The notes beneath the pieces were generated by a model. It had not been told where the DNA came from. It saw only the letters and a list, made by a program, of their open reading frames with translations, and ran no database searches. DNA of 52,774 nt from a virus (Duplodnaviria; Caudoviricetes). Where the stretch lies: positions 1-52,774 of IMG/VR virus record IMGVR_UViG_3300025679_000009, one strand, 5' to 3'. Positions 7,936 through 17,523 of the stretch are shown here, piece by piece (the stretch's first letter is position 1; every line of letters starts with the position of its first letter). Position numbers and translations under genes: made by a program.

Positions 7936-8360
7936 GACGCGGGATCTGCAGCCGCGGCTTGGCCTGCGATTGCACCGGCGATCGCACAATGCTGCGCACC
8001 TTCTGTCCGGATTTCCAGCTCGAGGAGGAGCCTCCGCGCGAGGTCGAGCTGGAAGCGATCGCGCACTGGCAGCGATTGCCGGAGCCGCAGCGCATTGCGT
8101 GTCTCGCCGCGCTGCGGCTGTCGGTGCCGATGGAGGTTCGCGCGAAATGGCGCGACCAGGCGGCTCGCGGCATGCGAGTGGGCTCAGAGGATCCGCGCTT
8201 CCATTTCGGGCCGGGCATGGCCGTGCGCAACACGTTGCGCCGCGTGCTGCCCGACAACGTCCTGCCGGCGGTCCCCTATCCCGACGGGGGTGAGCACAGC
8301 AACTGGGACGATTACTATTACGGCGCTCTGGATGCGCTCGCGCGTGGCGAGGCACCATGA
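7932..8360 (+). CDS. hypothetical protein
   Basis: ATGA-coupled; FHFGPGMAVRN...WDDYY motif. Confidence 0.55.
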   Translation: MRRGICSRGLACDCTGDRTMLRTFCPDFQLEEEPPREVELEAIAHWQRLPEPQRIACLAALRLSVPMEVRAKWRDQAARGMRVGSEDPRFHFGPGMAVRNTLRRVLPDNVLPAVPYPDGGEHSNWDDYYYGALDALARGEAP

Positions 8361-9295
8361 AGCCCTGGCCGCAGAAGGCGCTGAGCGCGGCCGACGAGGA
8401 GCTGCGCAAGGCGCCTCCGCGGCCGCTCAGGCCGAGCCTGAGGCGCTTTAGCTGGTCGCGGCTGCACGCGGACGTGCTGTCGAGCGACCTTTGGGGGCTC
8501 GTGGCGGAAACGGCGAAAACCAGCCGCGACCGTGTCGAGGCGTTCGTCGCGCGCCTCGATGTCTACGCGAGCGGCAACCAGCCGCGCGGCTCGGTGGAAG
8601 GCTTCCCGCTGCGGGCGCTCGCGGTGACTTGGCGCTGCGACGCCGAAGAACTCGCGCGGATCTATGCGGCGCTCGAGGATCCCGAGATCGGCTGGCTCGA
8701 TCAGGATCACGTCGTCACATTCTGGGAGCGCAACCCCGACCAGGAGGACCCAACCGCGGCCGAGCGCATGCGCCGCCACCGGGCGCGCAAGAAGAACGCG
8801 CAGCTTCAGGCGCAGCGTCGGGCCGAGAAGGAGAGTTTTCCACAGGTCGAGAGCGTTACGCGTAACACCGTAACGGTTACGACCAGATCAGATCACACAT
8901 ACATAGGCGGAAAGGCCGGGGCGACAGCGCCGCCGGGACCATCGGAAGCGCCGCAGGCTGTCCAAAGAGACAGCGGGGATAGCGGGATTTACCTCACCGC
9001 CGCCGAGTCGGCCGAGGTGTGGCTGTCCACAGACGGCTTGAAGCTGGTGATCGAACGCGGCGAGTGTCTTTCCGCGGTGGCGCAGATGCGCATCGGGCGC
9101 TGGCGTACGGCCCTTGGCGGCGATCCTATTGTGCTGCGCGAGATATTCGCGGGCCTCAGCTTGACGGGCTTCCGCAGCGGCCGGTTCCTGACGCTCGTCG
9201 ACGACGAAATCGCGCGCAGGAAGCACCTCGCGCAAGGACCGCCGCTGCCGCTCGGGCCGGCGATCGCCACCGGCAGGAGGACAGGCAATGGCTGA
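8357..9295 (+). CDS. putative replication initiator protein
   Basis: wHTH-like N-terminus, WERNP..EDPTAAERMRRHR, VTRNTVTVT linker coinciding with iteron-like DNA. Confidence 0.6.
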   Translation: MKPWPQKALSAADEELRKAPPRPLRPSLRRFSWSRLHADVLSSDLWGLVAETAKTSRDRVEAFVARLDVYASGNQPRGSVEGFPLRALAVTWRCDAEELARIYAALEDPEIGWLDQDHVVTFWERNPDQEDPTAAERMRRHRARKKNAQLQAQRRAEKESFPQVESVTRNTVTVTTRSDHTYIGGKAGATAPPGPSEAPQAVQRDSGDSGIYLTAAESAEVWLSTDGLKLVIERGECLSAVAQMRIGRWRTALGGDPIVLREIFAGLSLTGFRSGRFLTLVDDEIARRKHLAQGPPLPLGPAIATGRRTGNG

Positions 9296-9614
9296 AAGCG
9301 ACACTCAGGGCGAGCGGCCCGCGCGCGAGGCGTCCGAGGCGGTCGTGCGGCAGTTCGCTCCGCCACGCGGCGCCGTGCAAGGCCAGCTCGACCGCCTCCT
9401 GGCGGCGCAGGCGCGCATCGCCGCCGCGACGGCGCGGCTGTCCAGGGCCCGGGAAAGCATCTGCGGGGCGCGGCCGGGCGCGGCCAAGGAGGTGATGCGG
9501 GGGCCCACCACGGCAACCGATCTCCTTGGCGCCCTGGCCGCGCTGGCGGAGGGCTACGAGCGTCTGGCCGGCGATCTCGATGTGGACGCCCAGGACATTG
9601 CGGCGCTGTTCTAG
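9288..9614 (+). CDS. hypothetical protein
   Basis: RBS AGGAGG; helical protein. Confidence 0.55.
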   Translation: MAESDTQGERPAREASEAVVRQFAPPRGAVQGQLDRLLAAQARIAAATARLSRARESICGARPGAAKEVMRGPTTATDLLGALAALAEGYERLAGDLDVDAQDIAALF

Positions 9615-9700
9615 CCGCACTTCCGCCGCCTACCGTAACCATCTGGCGGCGCACGCGGAAGATGTGTAGGTTTGCCCCGTCGCCACAGGGGGACGGAGTC

Positions 9701-10069
9701 ATGGGGCAGCGTGCTCTCGTTCGGGGAGCAGCCATCCACCTCGGCCGTGAAGAGCCGCTGCCGGTCGAGCAGCTCCTGCATTACGAGCGCGGCCCGGTCA
9801 CCTATCGCCATTTTATCCGGGAGGGGCAGTCCTGGTTCGCGGTCTACGAGGCCGCGCACGACGGCATCGGCTGGCTGGTGTTTCGCGCGACGTGCCGGCA
9901 GCTGTTCCTGCTCGAAGGTGACCACGTGCAGTGCCGATTCCGCTTCCTTGAGGACCGCGGCGAGACGGTGGTCGTCGAGCAGATGCGCGGCGGCATGGCT
10001 CGGCCGGTCGAGATCGACCGTGACCAGATCGTCTTCATCGAAGAGGCCGTCGCCTCGACCGCCGCCTGA
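9701..10069 (+). CDS. hypothetical protein
   Basis: GGAG RBS before ATG 9701. Confidence 0.5.
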   Translation: MGQRALVRGAAIHLGREEPLPVEQLLHYERGPVTYRHFIREGQSWFAVYEAAHDGIGWLVFRATCRQLFLLEGDHVQCRFRFLEDRGETVVVEQMRGGMARPVEIDRDQIVFIEEAVASTAA

Positions 10070-10548
10070 GATTTTGACGTTAAGCCACTGGCAACCCTCA
10101 CCATGTCACTGCTCACCGGAGGGGTCAGTGCATGCGTTCCCTCCCCGAACCTTACCGTCTGAGCTTCCTGCTGCCCGCCGGCGCCATGGCCGGGGATTGC
10201 CCGGTCATCGCGCCACCTGCAGCCGACGGCTGCGGGATATCGCTGCATAGGGCAGGCCTGGTGGTGATCTTCGGACTTAGCCGCGAGGCCGTGTTTGCCT
10301 GTGCCGGCGTGGCGCTGCGCGCGCTGTGCCGCGACATCCTGCCGGTGTCGATCGGCGCCGTGCTGATGACGCCAGGTCGCGGCTTCTGCGGCAGCGATTC
10401 CTGGTCGGTGATCGTCGGCGCCGAGGTCGCGTTTTCGCCGACGTCCCTGCCGCCCTGGATCTCGAACGCGCCCGCGCGCGCACCGCCGCCGCGGCTCATC
10501 TCGATCGACGGCGAGCGGGTGAGCTGAAGCGACAAGCGGGACAACGTC

Positions 10549-11235
10549 ATGGGACTGCAACGGGTGCGGCAGCGAATCGACACCGAGAAGTTGCTGCAGT
10601 GGGCGTTGCGCTACGAGATCCCGAAGCGAACGATCGGCGATGTGCCGGGCTATGTGTGCCCGCTCGGGCGCCTCGTCGACATGGGCACCAACATCGACGA
10701 GACCGCCGGCGAGCCGGGCTTTCCGGCGGCGCTGGGCGAGCCGCATCCGGACGCGCTGATCGTAGAACACGCAATCCTCTCGCTCGACGACGCGGCGATC
10801 GACTGGCCGGCGACTCGCGCCACCATGGTTGGAACGCTCGGCGGTCTCTTGACCGATCACGAAATTACGCTGGCGCGGCTGACGATCGGCTGTCCTGGCC
10901 TAGTCGCGATGCACGCGCGCATGGGGACGCGGCCGCGCTGGTCGCGCGATCCGGAGCCGGAGCCGCTGATCGGCCGCAACGGCAAGCCGGTCGTTCAATT
11001 CGAGGATGATGCGGGCCACGTCGTGGAAGGCCGCCGCGGCGGTCACTACGGTGCGGCGGCACGTTGCCCGCTGCGCTGGTTTCCGGATCCGCGCGAGGCC
11101 GCGTTCGAACGCATCGAGTACTCGATCTGGTGGCAGGCGCTCGACACGCTGGCAGATCATCTGCGTCCGCTGCTGATGAGTTACGAGGCGACGCCGCCGG
11201 CGGCGCATCCGAGCCCTTGGCTTTTACAGAATTGA
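10549..11235 (+). CDS. putative late-gene regulator (Q/antiterminator-like)
   Basis: IEKLLQWA...PHPDA...EY..WW.AL family motifs; lies between replication and packaging genes. Confidence 0.5.
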   Translation: MGLQRVRQRIDTEKLLQWALRYEIPKRTIGDVPGYVCPLGRLVDMGTNIDETAGEPGFPAALGEPHPDALIVEHAILSLDDAAIDWPATRATMVGTLGGLLTDHEITLARLTIGCPGLVAMHARMGTRPRWSRDPEPEPLIGRNGKPVVQFEDDAGHVVEGRRGGHYGAAARCPLRWFPDPREAAFERIEYSIWWQALDTLADHLRPLLMSYEATPPAAHPSPWLLQN

Positions 11236-11306
11236 TTAACCACGTCTCGTGCCGGCGCTCGACATGCGCCTGGAGCTTGACAAGGATCGGACCGTGCAGA
11301 TTTCAC

Positions 11307-11337
11307 CCCGGAGCCGGCGACGGCTGCCGGGTTTTTT
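11307..11337 (+). terminator. intrinsic terminator (tR'-like) downstream of TTGACA at 11277
   Basis: CCCGGAGCCG-GCGA-CGGCTGCCGGG followed by T run. Confidence 0.7.
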
Positions 11338-11356
11338 GTTGCCCGGAGGGCGTCAT

Positions 11357-11590
11357 GTGACCGCGCAACTGGCGATCGAGCTCGAGGCCTTTGCCGAACG
11401 GATCAGGCGCATTCGCGCCGTAGGTCGCAACGGCGATCTCGAACCCTTTCACCTCGACCGCTCGCAGGCGCGGCAGGATGCCGTTCAGCTGGCGGAGTGG
11501 GCGCGCACCGGCAAACGGCCGGCTTCCTACGAGCTCGCTTCCGACCGCGGCCGCGCTGACGAGTCACGCACGAGGTACAGCCAGCGATGA
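11357..11590 (+). CDS. hypothetical protein
   Basis: GGAGG RBS, GTG start. Confidence 0.45.
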   Translation: MTAQLAIELEAFAERIRRIRAVGRNGDLEPFHLDRSQARQDAVQLAEWARTGKRPASYELASDRGRADESRTRYSQR

Positions 11591-11796
11591 GCACGCGCGA
11601 AAACCTCTTTGCCTTCACAGAGCCCAGCGGCTCATATCCCGGCTTCGTCTCGGTCAACCTGCTGGCGGATGGGCGCGTCGAGCTTGTCGTGCGGACGCCG
11701 GCGACGCCAGAGCGTGGCGGCGAGACGGCGCAGATGGAGCTGCGGCCTGACCAGGCGCGCGAGCTAGCTCATTCTATCCTTTCTGGTGTCCGATAA
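11587..11796 (+). CDS. hypothetical protein
   Basis: ATGA-coupled 69-aa ORF. Confidence 0.55.
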   Translation: MSTRENLFAFTEPSGSYPGFVSVNLLADGRVELVVRTPATPERGGETAQMELRPDQARELAHSILSGVR

Positions 11797-11811
11797 GCGT
11801 CAGTCTCGGAC
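11788..11811. promoter_or_regulatory. lox-like recombination site
   Basis: GTCCGATAA-GCGTCA-GTCTCGGAC (9-6-9, 7/9 inverted match) upstream of the Cre-like recombinase. Confidence 0.5.
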
Positions 11812-11893
11812 GTCAGGAATCGCCTGTTTAATTAATCGCCGGAGACGTCACGTGTCGAAGTTTCCGCCCTCCCTGTAGGGAGCAAAAGTCGAC

Positions 11894-12817
11894 ATGGGCG
11901 AGCTCGTCGATCCGCTCGCCTCGGTTAGGTCCTATCTGGCAGCCGAAAAGTCTTCCAACACGCGGCGGGCCTATGCCGCTGATTTTGCTCACTTCGCCGA
12001 CTGGTGTGGAAGAGTTTTGGAGCAGGCGCTCCCGTCTAGTCCACTGATCGTGGCGCGCTACCTGGCGCACCTGGCGGACAGCGGGCTCAAGCCTTCCACG
12101 ATCGAGCGGCGCTGCGCCGCGATCCGCTACGCACACAAAGCTGCTGGACACGAACCGCCGACCGGCGCCGAAGGCGTCAAGGCAGTGCTCCGCGGGATCC
12201 GTCGATCGAAAGGCGTCAAGCCGGTGCGCAAGGCGCCGGCGGACGCCGCGGCGATCGGCGCCATGCTCGAGCGGCTGCCGGCGACGCTCGCCGGCATCCG
12301 CGATCGCGCGCTGCTGCTGATCGGATTGTCGGCCGCGCTCAGGCGCTCTGAGCTGGTTGACTTAAAAGTCAAGGACGTCGAGCGCCGGGGCGCCGGTGTC
12401 ATCCTGCACATCCGCCGATCGAAGACGGACCAGGAGGGCCGGGGTCATCAGATCCCGGTGCCGAACGGCCGCACACTCAAGCCGGTGGCTGCGCTCGATG
12501 CCTGGCTGGCTGCATCGCAAATTTGCGATGGGCCCATTTTTCGCGAGATCGATCGCCACGGCCGCGTCGGCCAGGCGGCGCTGTCAGGGCGGTCGGTGGC
12601 GCGCATCGTCAAGCGCGCCGCGCGCGCAGCGGGACTGGATGAGCGAACCTTTTCCGGACACTCGCTGCGCGCTGGTTTTGTGACGCAGGCCCTGGCCGAT
12701 GGAGTCGACCCATTAAAGGCGATGAAGATCACGCGTCACGCGGATCCGCGCAGCCTGGCGATCTACGACCGCCGCGAGGCCGAGCTCGAGGACCACGCGG
12801 GAAAGGGCTTCCTGTGA
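11894..12817 (+). CDS. Cre-like tyrosine recombinase
   Basis: NTRRAY SAM-like domain, RDRALLL...ALRRSEL, RSKTDQ, SGHSLRAG, ITRH...IY; full R-K-H-R-H-Y set. Confidence 0.93.
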   Translation: MGELVDPLASVRSYLAAEKSSNTRRAYAADFAHFADWCGRVLEQALPSSPLIVARYLAHLADSGLKPSTIERRCAAIRYAHKAAGHEPPTGAEGVKAVLRGIRRSKGVKPVRKAPADAAAIGAMLERLPATLAGIRDRALLLIGLSAALRRSELVDLKVKDVERRGAGVILHIRRSKTDQEGRGHQIPVPNGRTLKPVAALDAWLAASQICDGPIFREIDRHGRVGQAALSGRSVARIVKRAARAAGLDERTFSGHSLRAGFVTQALADGVDPLKAMKITRHADPRSLAIYDRREAELEDHAGKGFL

Positions 12818-13008
12818 CGACGGCGCCGGCGCCAAAGGAATCGCCTCCGCCGCGGACGTCGGTCGTTCACTGCTGGGTCACGGCGCCGATTGCTGAGCTG
12901 CTCAGCAAAGAGGCTGCGCGCCGCGGCATGCATCCCGATCGCCTGGCCGCCGAGCTTCTGACCATCATTGTCGGCGACGGACTTATCTCGGCGATTGTCG
13001 AGCGCTGA
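12814..13008 (+). CDS. small RHH-like protein
   Basis: GTGA overlap; LSKEAARRGM...LAAELL. Confidence 0.5.
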   Translation: MTTAPAPKESPPPRTSVVHCWVTAPIAELLSKEAARRGMHPDRLAAELLTIIVGDGLISAIVER

Positions 13009-13013
13009 ACGCG

Positions 13014-13691
13014 ATGCTCAAAAACGCCAAGCATGAAGCTGTTTTGCAAGCCTATATTGCAAATCGTGAGCGCGTCGGGTGGAAAGCGTACAGCGCGATC
13101 TACACGAATTCGTCGCAACGCGCGTCGGAAGTCGGATGGAGCCGGCTGTTAACGCATGCTGAGTTCTCAGCACGGCTCGCCGAGCTCGAGAAGGCGGTCG
13201 TCGACAAGGTGATCGAGAAGACCGGCATCACAGTCGAGCGTGTGCTCGCCGAGCTGGCGCTGATCGGTTTCTCGAACATGCAGGATTTCGCCGAAGCTCT
13301 CATGGAGGGCGACGTCCGCGAGCTCGAGCGCGATCGCGCCGCGGCGGTGCAAGAGATCACCGTCGACACGTACATGGACGGCGCCGGCGACGATGCGCGC
13401 GAGGTCAAGCGCGTGCGGCTCAAGCTGCTCGATAAGCGTGCTGCGCTCGTCGACATCGGGCGTCATTTGAAGATGTTCGTCGATCGGCACGAGCTCACCG
13501 GCAAAGACGGCAAGCCAATTGAGACCGTCGACGCGAGCGAGGAAAAGCCGAGCGAGCTCGAGGTGGCGCGTCGCATCGCCTTCCTGCTCGAGCGCGCTGC
13601 GCGGCTGAAAGAGAAGCCCGCTGCCACCGCCAAGGCCGGCGCCAAGGCCAAGGCGAGCGCGAAGGCGAAGCCGAAGGCACAAACGAGGTAG
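13014..13691 (+). CDS. terS: terminase small subunit
   Basis: ITVERVLAELALIGFSN...KLLDKRAAL..IGRHL.MF..ELTGKDG.PI. Confidence 0.85.
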   Translation: MLKNAKHEAVLQAYIANRERVGWKAYSAIYTNSSQRASEVGWSRLLTHAEFSARLAELEKAVVDKVIEKTGITVERVLAELALIGFSNMQDFAEALMEGDVRELERDRAAAVQEITVDTYMDGAGDDAREVKRVRLKLLDKRAALVDIGRHLKMFVDRHELTGKDGKPIETVDASEEKPSELEVARRIAFLLERAARLKEKPAATAKAGAKAKASAKAKPKAQTR

Positions 13692-13694
13692 ATC

Positions 13695-14045
13695 ATGGCC
13701 AATGCGCTGAATTCGCTCGCGGTGGTGTGCCTGGACTCGCCTGGCTGCAATCCGCGTTCGGCGCCGAGCTACGTGTCGTCGCGCCTGCTGGCCGCGGCGA
13801 CCGCCGAGTCGATCGCGATCCCGGCCGGTTCGGCCTATGTGCGGCTCGCCGGCACGGCGGACTTCTTCTACGTGTTCGGCGCGGGCCCGGCGACCGTGCC
13901 CGGCGACGTCGACGACGGCACCGCCTGCGAACTGGCGAAGCAGCAGGGCGATGCGGAGTGGATCATCATCCCGCCCGCCGCGACCACGATGAGCGTCATC
14001 AGCTCGGGCACGCCGATCGTGACGGCGAGCTTCTACAAGACCTGA
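13695..14045 (+). CDS. hypothetical beta-rich protein (possible virion accessory)
   Basis: RBS GAGG, good ORF. Confidence 0.6.
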   Translation: MANALNSLAVVCLDSPGCNPRSAPSYVSSRLLAAATAESIAIPAGSAYVRLAGTADFFYVFGAGPATVPGDVDDGTACELAKQQGDAEWIIIPPAATTMSVISSGTPIVTASFYKT

Positions 14046-14107
14046 CCTAACGTCCGCGCCGCGCGGATCGCCGCGGCTCCCCCACATCTGATCTCGAGGA
14101 GACTGCG

Positions 14108-14464
14108 ATGGCTCTGCAAAATATTGCGGACAAGGTCCTGCTTTGGCTTCATGGCCGCCGGCTCGGCATCACCGGCGACGGCCAGACCGGCGGTCAGTCG
14201 GCGCTCGTGCTCGATGGCGTGCCAATCGCCTGCTCGCGCGCGGACATCGTTCTGACCACGCTCGGCCATAACGGCGCCGGCGCCGTTGCGGTCGCCGGCG
14301 TCCAGATCGGCGACAACGTGCTCAACGTCACGAACCTGACGACTCCCGGCGACGTCACGGCGAGCTTCGAGTCGACGGTTACCGTCGCCGGCCAGGTGCA
14401 GCAGAGCGCGGCGACGAACCTTTCGGCTGCGCAGCTGATGTTCCAGGTCCAGCCGCAGAGCTGA
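14108..14464 (+). CDS. hypothetical protein (possible head decoration/fibre)
   Basis: RBS GAGGAG; beta-strand-rich. Confidence 0.6.
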   Translation: MALQNIADKVLLWLHGRRLGITGDGQTGGQSALVLDGVPIACSRADIVLTTLGHNGAGAVAVAGVQIGDNVLNVTNLTTPGDVTASFESTVTVAGQVQQSAATNLSAAQLMFQVQPQS

Positions 14465-14623
14465 TCGCGCGCATCGATTAGCGCACACGGGCGTCCGCTC
14501 GAGATCAGCCGGAGAATGGCCCTCGCGCCTGAAGGTCGGGATGCAGGTAACGCGCGCTCCAGGCGTGCTCATCGCCTGTCGGCCCCGGCGGCGGCATCAA
14601 TCGTTTCAACCTGAGGAGAGAAC

Positions 14624-14986
14624 ATGAGCCTGGTAGCTAAAGTCGAGCAGCTCGTCGCCGAGACCGGCGACGGTCTGCTGAACGCGGTGAAGCATCTCGC
14701 CGAGCACCTCGAGCACATCGGCGCCGGCGGTGTCGACGTCTCGAAGCTCGAGGCCGAGATCAAGGCAACGTTCGAGGCGAAGACCGAACGACTGTTTGCG
14801 TCGCTGGAGGAGAAGGTCAACACCGGGATGGCGGCGTTGGCCAGCGGTGTCCAGGATATGCTGGCTCGGATCGCTGCGCTCGAGCACGCCGCGGCCGCGG
14901 CTCCGCCGGCGGCACAGCAGCAGCCCGCGGCGCAGCCGGCCGAGCAGTCGACCGGAGCGGCGCAATCGGGCGGCAATCCGACCTGA
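14624..14986 (+). CDS. coiled-coil hypothetical protein
   Basis: RBS GAGGAG; heptad pattern and A/P/Q tail. Confidence 0.6.
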   Translation: MSLVAKVEQLVAETGDGLLNAVKHLAEHLEHIGAGGVDVSKLEAEIKATFEAKTERLFASLEEKVNTGMAALASGVQDMLARIAALEHAAAAAPPAAQQQPAAQPAEQSTGAAQSGGNPT

Positions 14987-14991
14987 TCTGA

Positions 14992-16551
14992 ATGAGCGCG
15001 CTCGAGGAGTTGCTCGCGCGCGTCAAGGCACTCCCTGCGAAAGAACGCGAGGCGATCGAACGCGAAGCAATCGCGGCGACCGCCTCGCATCGCTGGGTGC
15101 CAAACGTCGGGCCGCAGACCGCGGCCTATTTCTGCGAGGCGGACGAGCTGCTCTACGGCGGCGAGGCCGGCGGCGGGAAGAGCGACCTGCTGCTAGGCCT
15201 GGCGCTCAACGAGCATCAGCGCGCCCGCGTTCTGCGCCGCATCGACGCCGACGCCGGCGATCTCGGCAATCGGCTGGTGGAGATCCTCGGCAGTAACGCC
15301 GGCTACCGATCGACGCCGCCGACGTGGCGGCAGGGACAGAAATTCGTCGAGCTGCGCGGTTGCCAGCTCGAGCGCGACAAGCAGCGCTTCAAGGGCAAGG
15401 CGCGCGACTTCATCGGCTACGACGAGCTCGCCGACTTCCTCGAGAGCCAGTTCGTCTTCATCAACACCTGGAACAGGTCGACAGACCCGAGCCAGCGCTG
15501 CCGCGTTGTGGGTGCCACCAACGGCCCGACGACGGCGGAAGGGCAATGGATCCTCCGGCGCTGGGGCCCTTGGCTCGATCCCAAGCATCCGCGGCCTGCC
15601 GAGGACGGCGAGCTGCGCTGGTTTCTGCAAATCGGTGGCCAGGACAGCGAGGTCGACGGGCCCGGCCCGCACGACGTCGGCGGCCGAATGGTGCGGGCGA
15701 CGTCGCGCACGTTCATCCGCTCGCGTCTGTCGGACAATCCCGACCTGGCGCGCACCGATTACGCGACCAAGCTTGACGGCCTGCCGGAGGAGTTGCGGCG
15801 CGTCTACCGCGACGGCGACTTCACGGTCGGCCTGAAGGACAGTGATTATCAGGTCATTCCCACGGCCTGGGTCGAAGCGGCGATGCAGCGGTGGTCTGAC
15901 AAGCCGCCGGCGCGTTTGGCGATGAGCGCGGTCGCGGTCGACGTTGCCCCCGGCGGCGGTGACAACCGCGTCATCGGCTATCGCTATGGCGGCTGGGTCG
16001 GAACGCTCGACTCGGAAAAGCAGGTCGACCGCACGGGCCGCATCACGGCCGCGAAGGTCGTCGAGGTGCGGCGTGATCGCTGTCCGGTCATCGTCGATGT
16101 CGGCGGCGGCTGGGGCGGCGACACGGTCATCGCGCTGAAGGACAACGGCATAGAGAACGTCGTCGCGTTCAACGGCGTGGTGACGTCGACGTCGAAGACG
16201 CGCGACGGCAAGCTCGGCTTCTACAATAAGCGCGCCGAGTCCTACTGGCGCCTGCGCGAGGAGCTCGATCCGTCGCAGGAGGGCGGCTCGGCGATCGCGC
16301 TGCCGCCCGATCAGGAGCTCAAGAGCGATCTGACCGCCGCGCATTGGAAGCTGACGACGCGCGGCATTCTGCTCAACGACAAGAAAGAGATCGTCGAGCT
16401 GCTCGGTCGATCGCCCGACAAAGGCGACACGGTGGCGATGCTGGTCTCTGAAGGCAACCGCGCAATGGCGCGGGCGGCGCGTGCGCAGCAGCAGGGCGGC
16501 CGGCCGCAGACGGCGAATGTCGGTTACTCGCATTTGAAGAACCGGCGATGA
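14992..16551 (+). CDS. terL: terminase large subunit
   Basis: PNVGPQ, YGGEAGGGKS Walker A, IGYDE Walker B, ATN motif, VDVAPGGGD nuclease, RSPDKGD. Confidence 0.95.
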   Translation: MSALEELLARVKALPAKEREAIEREAIAATASHRWVPNVGPQTAAYFCEADELLYGGEAGGGKSDLLLGLALNEHQRARVLRRIDADAGDLGNRLVEILGSNAGYRSTPPTWRQGQKFVELRGCQLERDKQRFKGKARDFIGYDELADFLESQFVFINTWNRSTDPSQRCRVVGATNGPTTAEGQWILRRWGPWLDPKHPRPAEDGELRWFLQIGGQDSEVDGPGPHDVGGRMVRATSRTFIRSRLSDNPDLARTDYATKLDGLPEELRRVYRDGDFTVGLKDSDYQVIPTAWVEAAMQRWSDKPPARLAMSAVAVDVAPGGGDNRVIGYRYGGWVGTLDSEKQVDRTGRITAAKVVEVRRDRCPVIVDVGGGWGGDTVIALKDNGIENVVAFNGVVTSTSKTRDGKLGFYNKRAESYWRLREELDPSQEGGSAIALPPDQELKSDLTAAHWKLTTRGILLNDKKEIVELLGRSPDKGDTVAMLVSEGNRAMARAARAQQQGGRPQTANVGYSHLKNRR

Positions 16552-16814
16552 GCCGCTTCCTCAACGGCGGCGAGACTGTGGTGCCTTACTCCGACCGCAA
16601 GCTCGAGACTGACGGCGAGCGCGTTCCCTGGACCCTCGAGGAGCTGGTCGAGGCGCAGTGCATGGATTGCGCCGGCGCGAGCGCGGAGACGATCGCCGAG
16701 CGGCTCGGCCGCGGCGTCGCTGACGTCGATCGCAAGCTCCACGCCGATCGTGCGCCGCCCGCGCGGCGTGAAACGACCGCCGGCCTTGGCTTTCCTAACC
16801 TGAAGAGGCGCTGA
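16548..16814 (+). CDS. small HTH protein (GcrA N-terminus/Myb-like)
   Basis: WTLEE...GASAETIAERLGR. Confidence 0.5.
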   Translation: MSRFLNGGETVVPYSDRKLETDGERVPWTLEELVEAQCMDCAGASAETIAERLGRGVADVDRKLHADRAPPARRETTAGLGFPNLKRR

Positions 16815-17272
16815 TGAGCGACGCTCCGAAAACCGGTGTCGAGGATCCGCTGCTTGCCGCGCTGGTGGCGAAGCTGCCGGCGCCGGGCAGTCCCTGGCCG
16901 CGCGGCCAGCGGGTCAACTGGATGCGCATGGTGGCGATGGCGCTCAACGAGGCCTACGGGCTCGAGGAGCCGATCGTCATCACCGACATCGACGCGCCGC
17001 GCGCGCCGCTGAACATCCGTTTGCTTCCGGATCGGCCACAGGACACCGGCTCTGCCGCCGCGGTGCAGGGCCGGCCGCGCTACGTCATTGATGCCCAGGG
17101 TTTTGCGCTCTGCGACGGCGCCGCGATCGACCCCGAGGACATGCCCGCCGGCGAAACTCTCTACGACGAGCGCGCGGCCGCGGAGCAGGGCGATCTCACC
17201 ACCGTCTACTGGAAGACCGGCGGCGTTCGCAAAGCCGAGGCCATCCCGCATTTGAAATTGAGGGCCGCCTGA
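16814..17272 (+). CDS. hypothetical protein
   Basis: DPLLAALVAKLP.PG.PWP...W motif; TGATG coupling. Confidence 0.6.
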   Translation: MSDAPKTGVEDPLLAALVAKLPAPGSPWPRGQRVNWMRMVAMALNEAYGLEEPIVITDIDAPRAPLNIRLLPDRPQDTGSAAAVQGRPRYVIDAQGFALCDGAAIDPEDMPAGETLYDERAAAEQGDLTTVYWKTGGVRKAEAIPHLKLRAA

Positions 17273-17523
17273 TGACGCAGATGTTCACGAAGGCGCAGCC
17301 TAACCGGGATCCAATTCCGGTTACGCCGCCGCCGCCGATGCCGGATCCGTTTAGTCCGGCCAGCGTGGAGGCGGCGCGCCAGACGGCGATCGCCGCCGCG
17401 GGCCGTTCCGGGCGCAGCGGCAGCATACTGACCACCGCCGCGAGCCGCAGCACGATCGCCGGCAGCGGTGCCTTCGGCGGCACGTCAGGCGCGTATTCCA
17501 ACCAGGTGCTCGGCGGCAAATGA
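17272..17523 (+). CDS. small pre-portal virion protein
   Basis: PPPPMPD...GRSGSILT...LGG typical of the small gene before podoviral portals. Confidence 0.65.
   Translation: MTQMFTKAQPNRDPIPVTPPPPMPDPFSPASVEAARQTAIAAAGRSGRSGSILTTAASRSTIAGSGAFGGTSGAYSNQVLGGK

Noticed and set aside
10132-10527. Possible membrane protein ORF before the Q-like gene
   Set aside because: GTG start, no motif, several competing frames; cannot be supported
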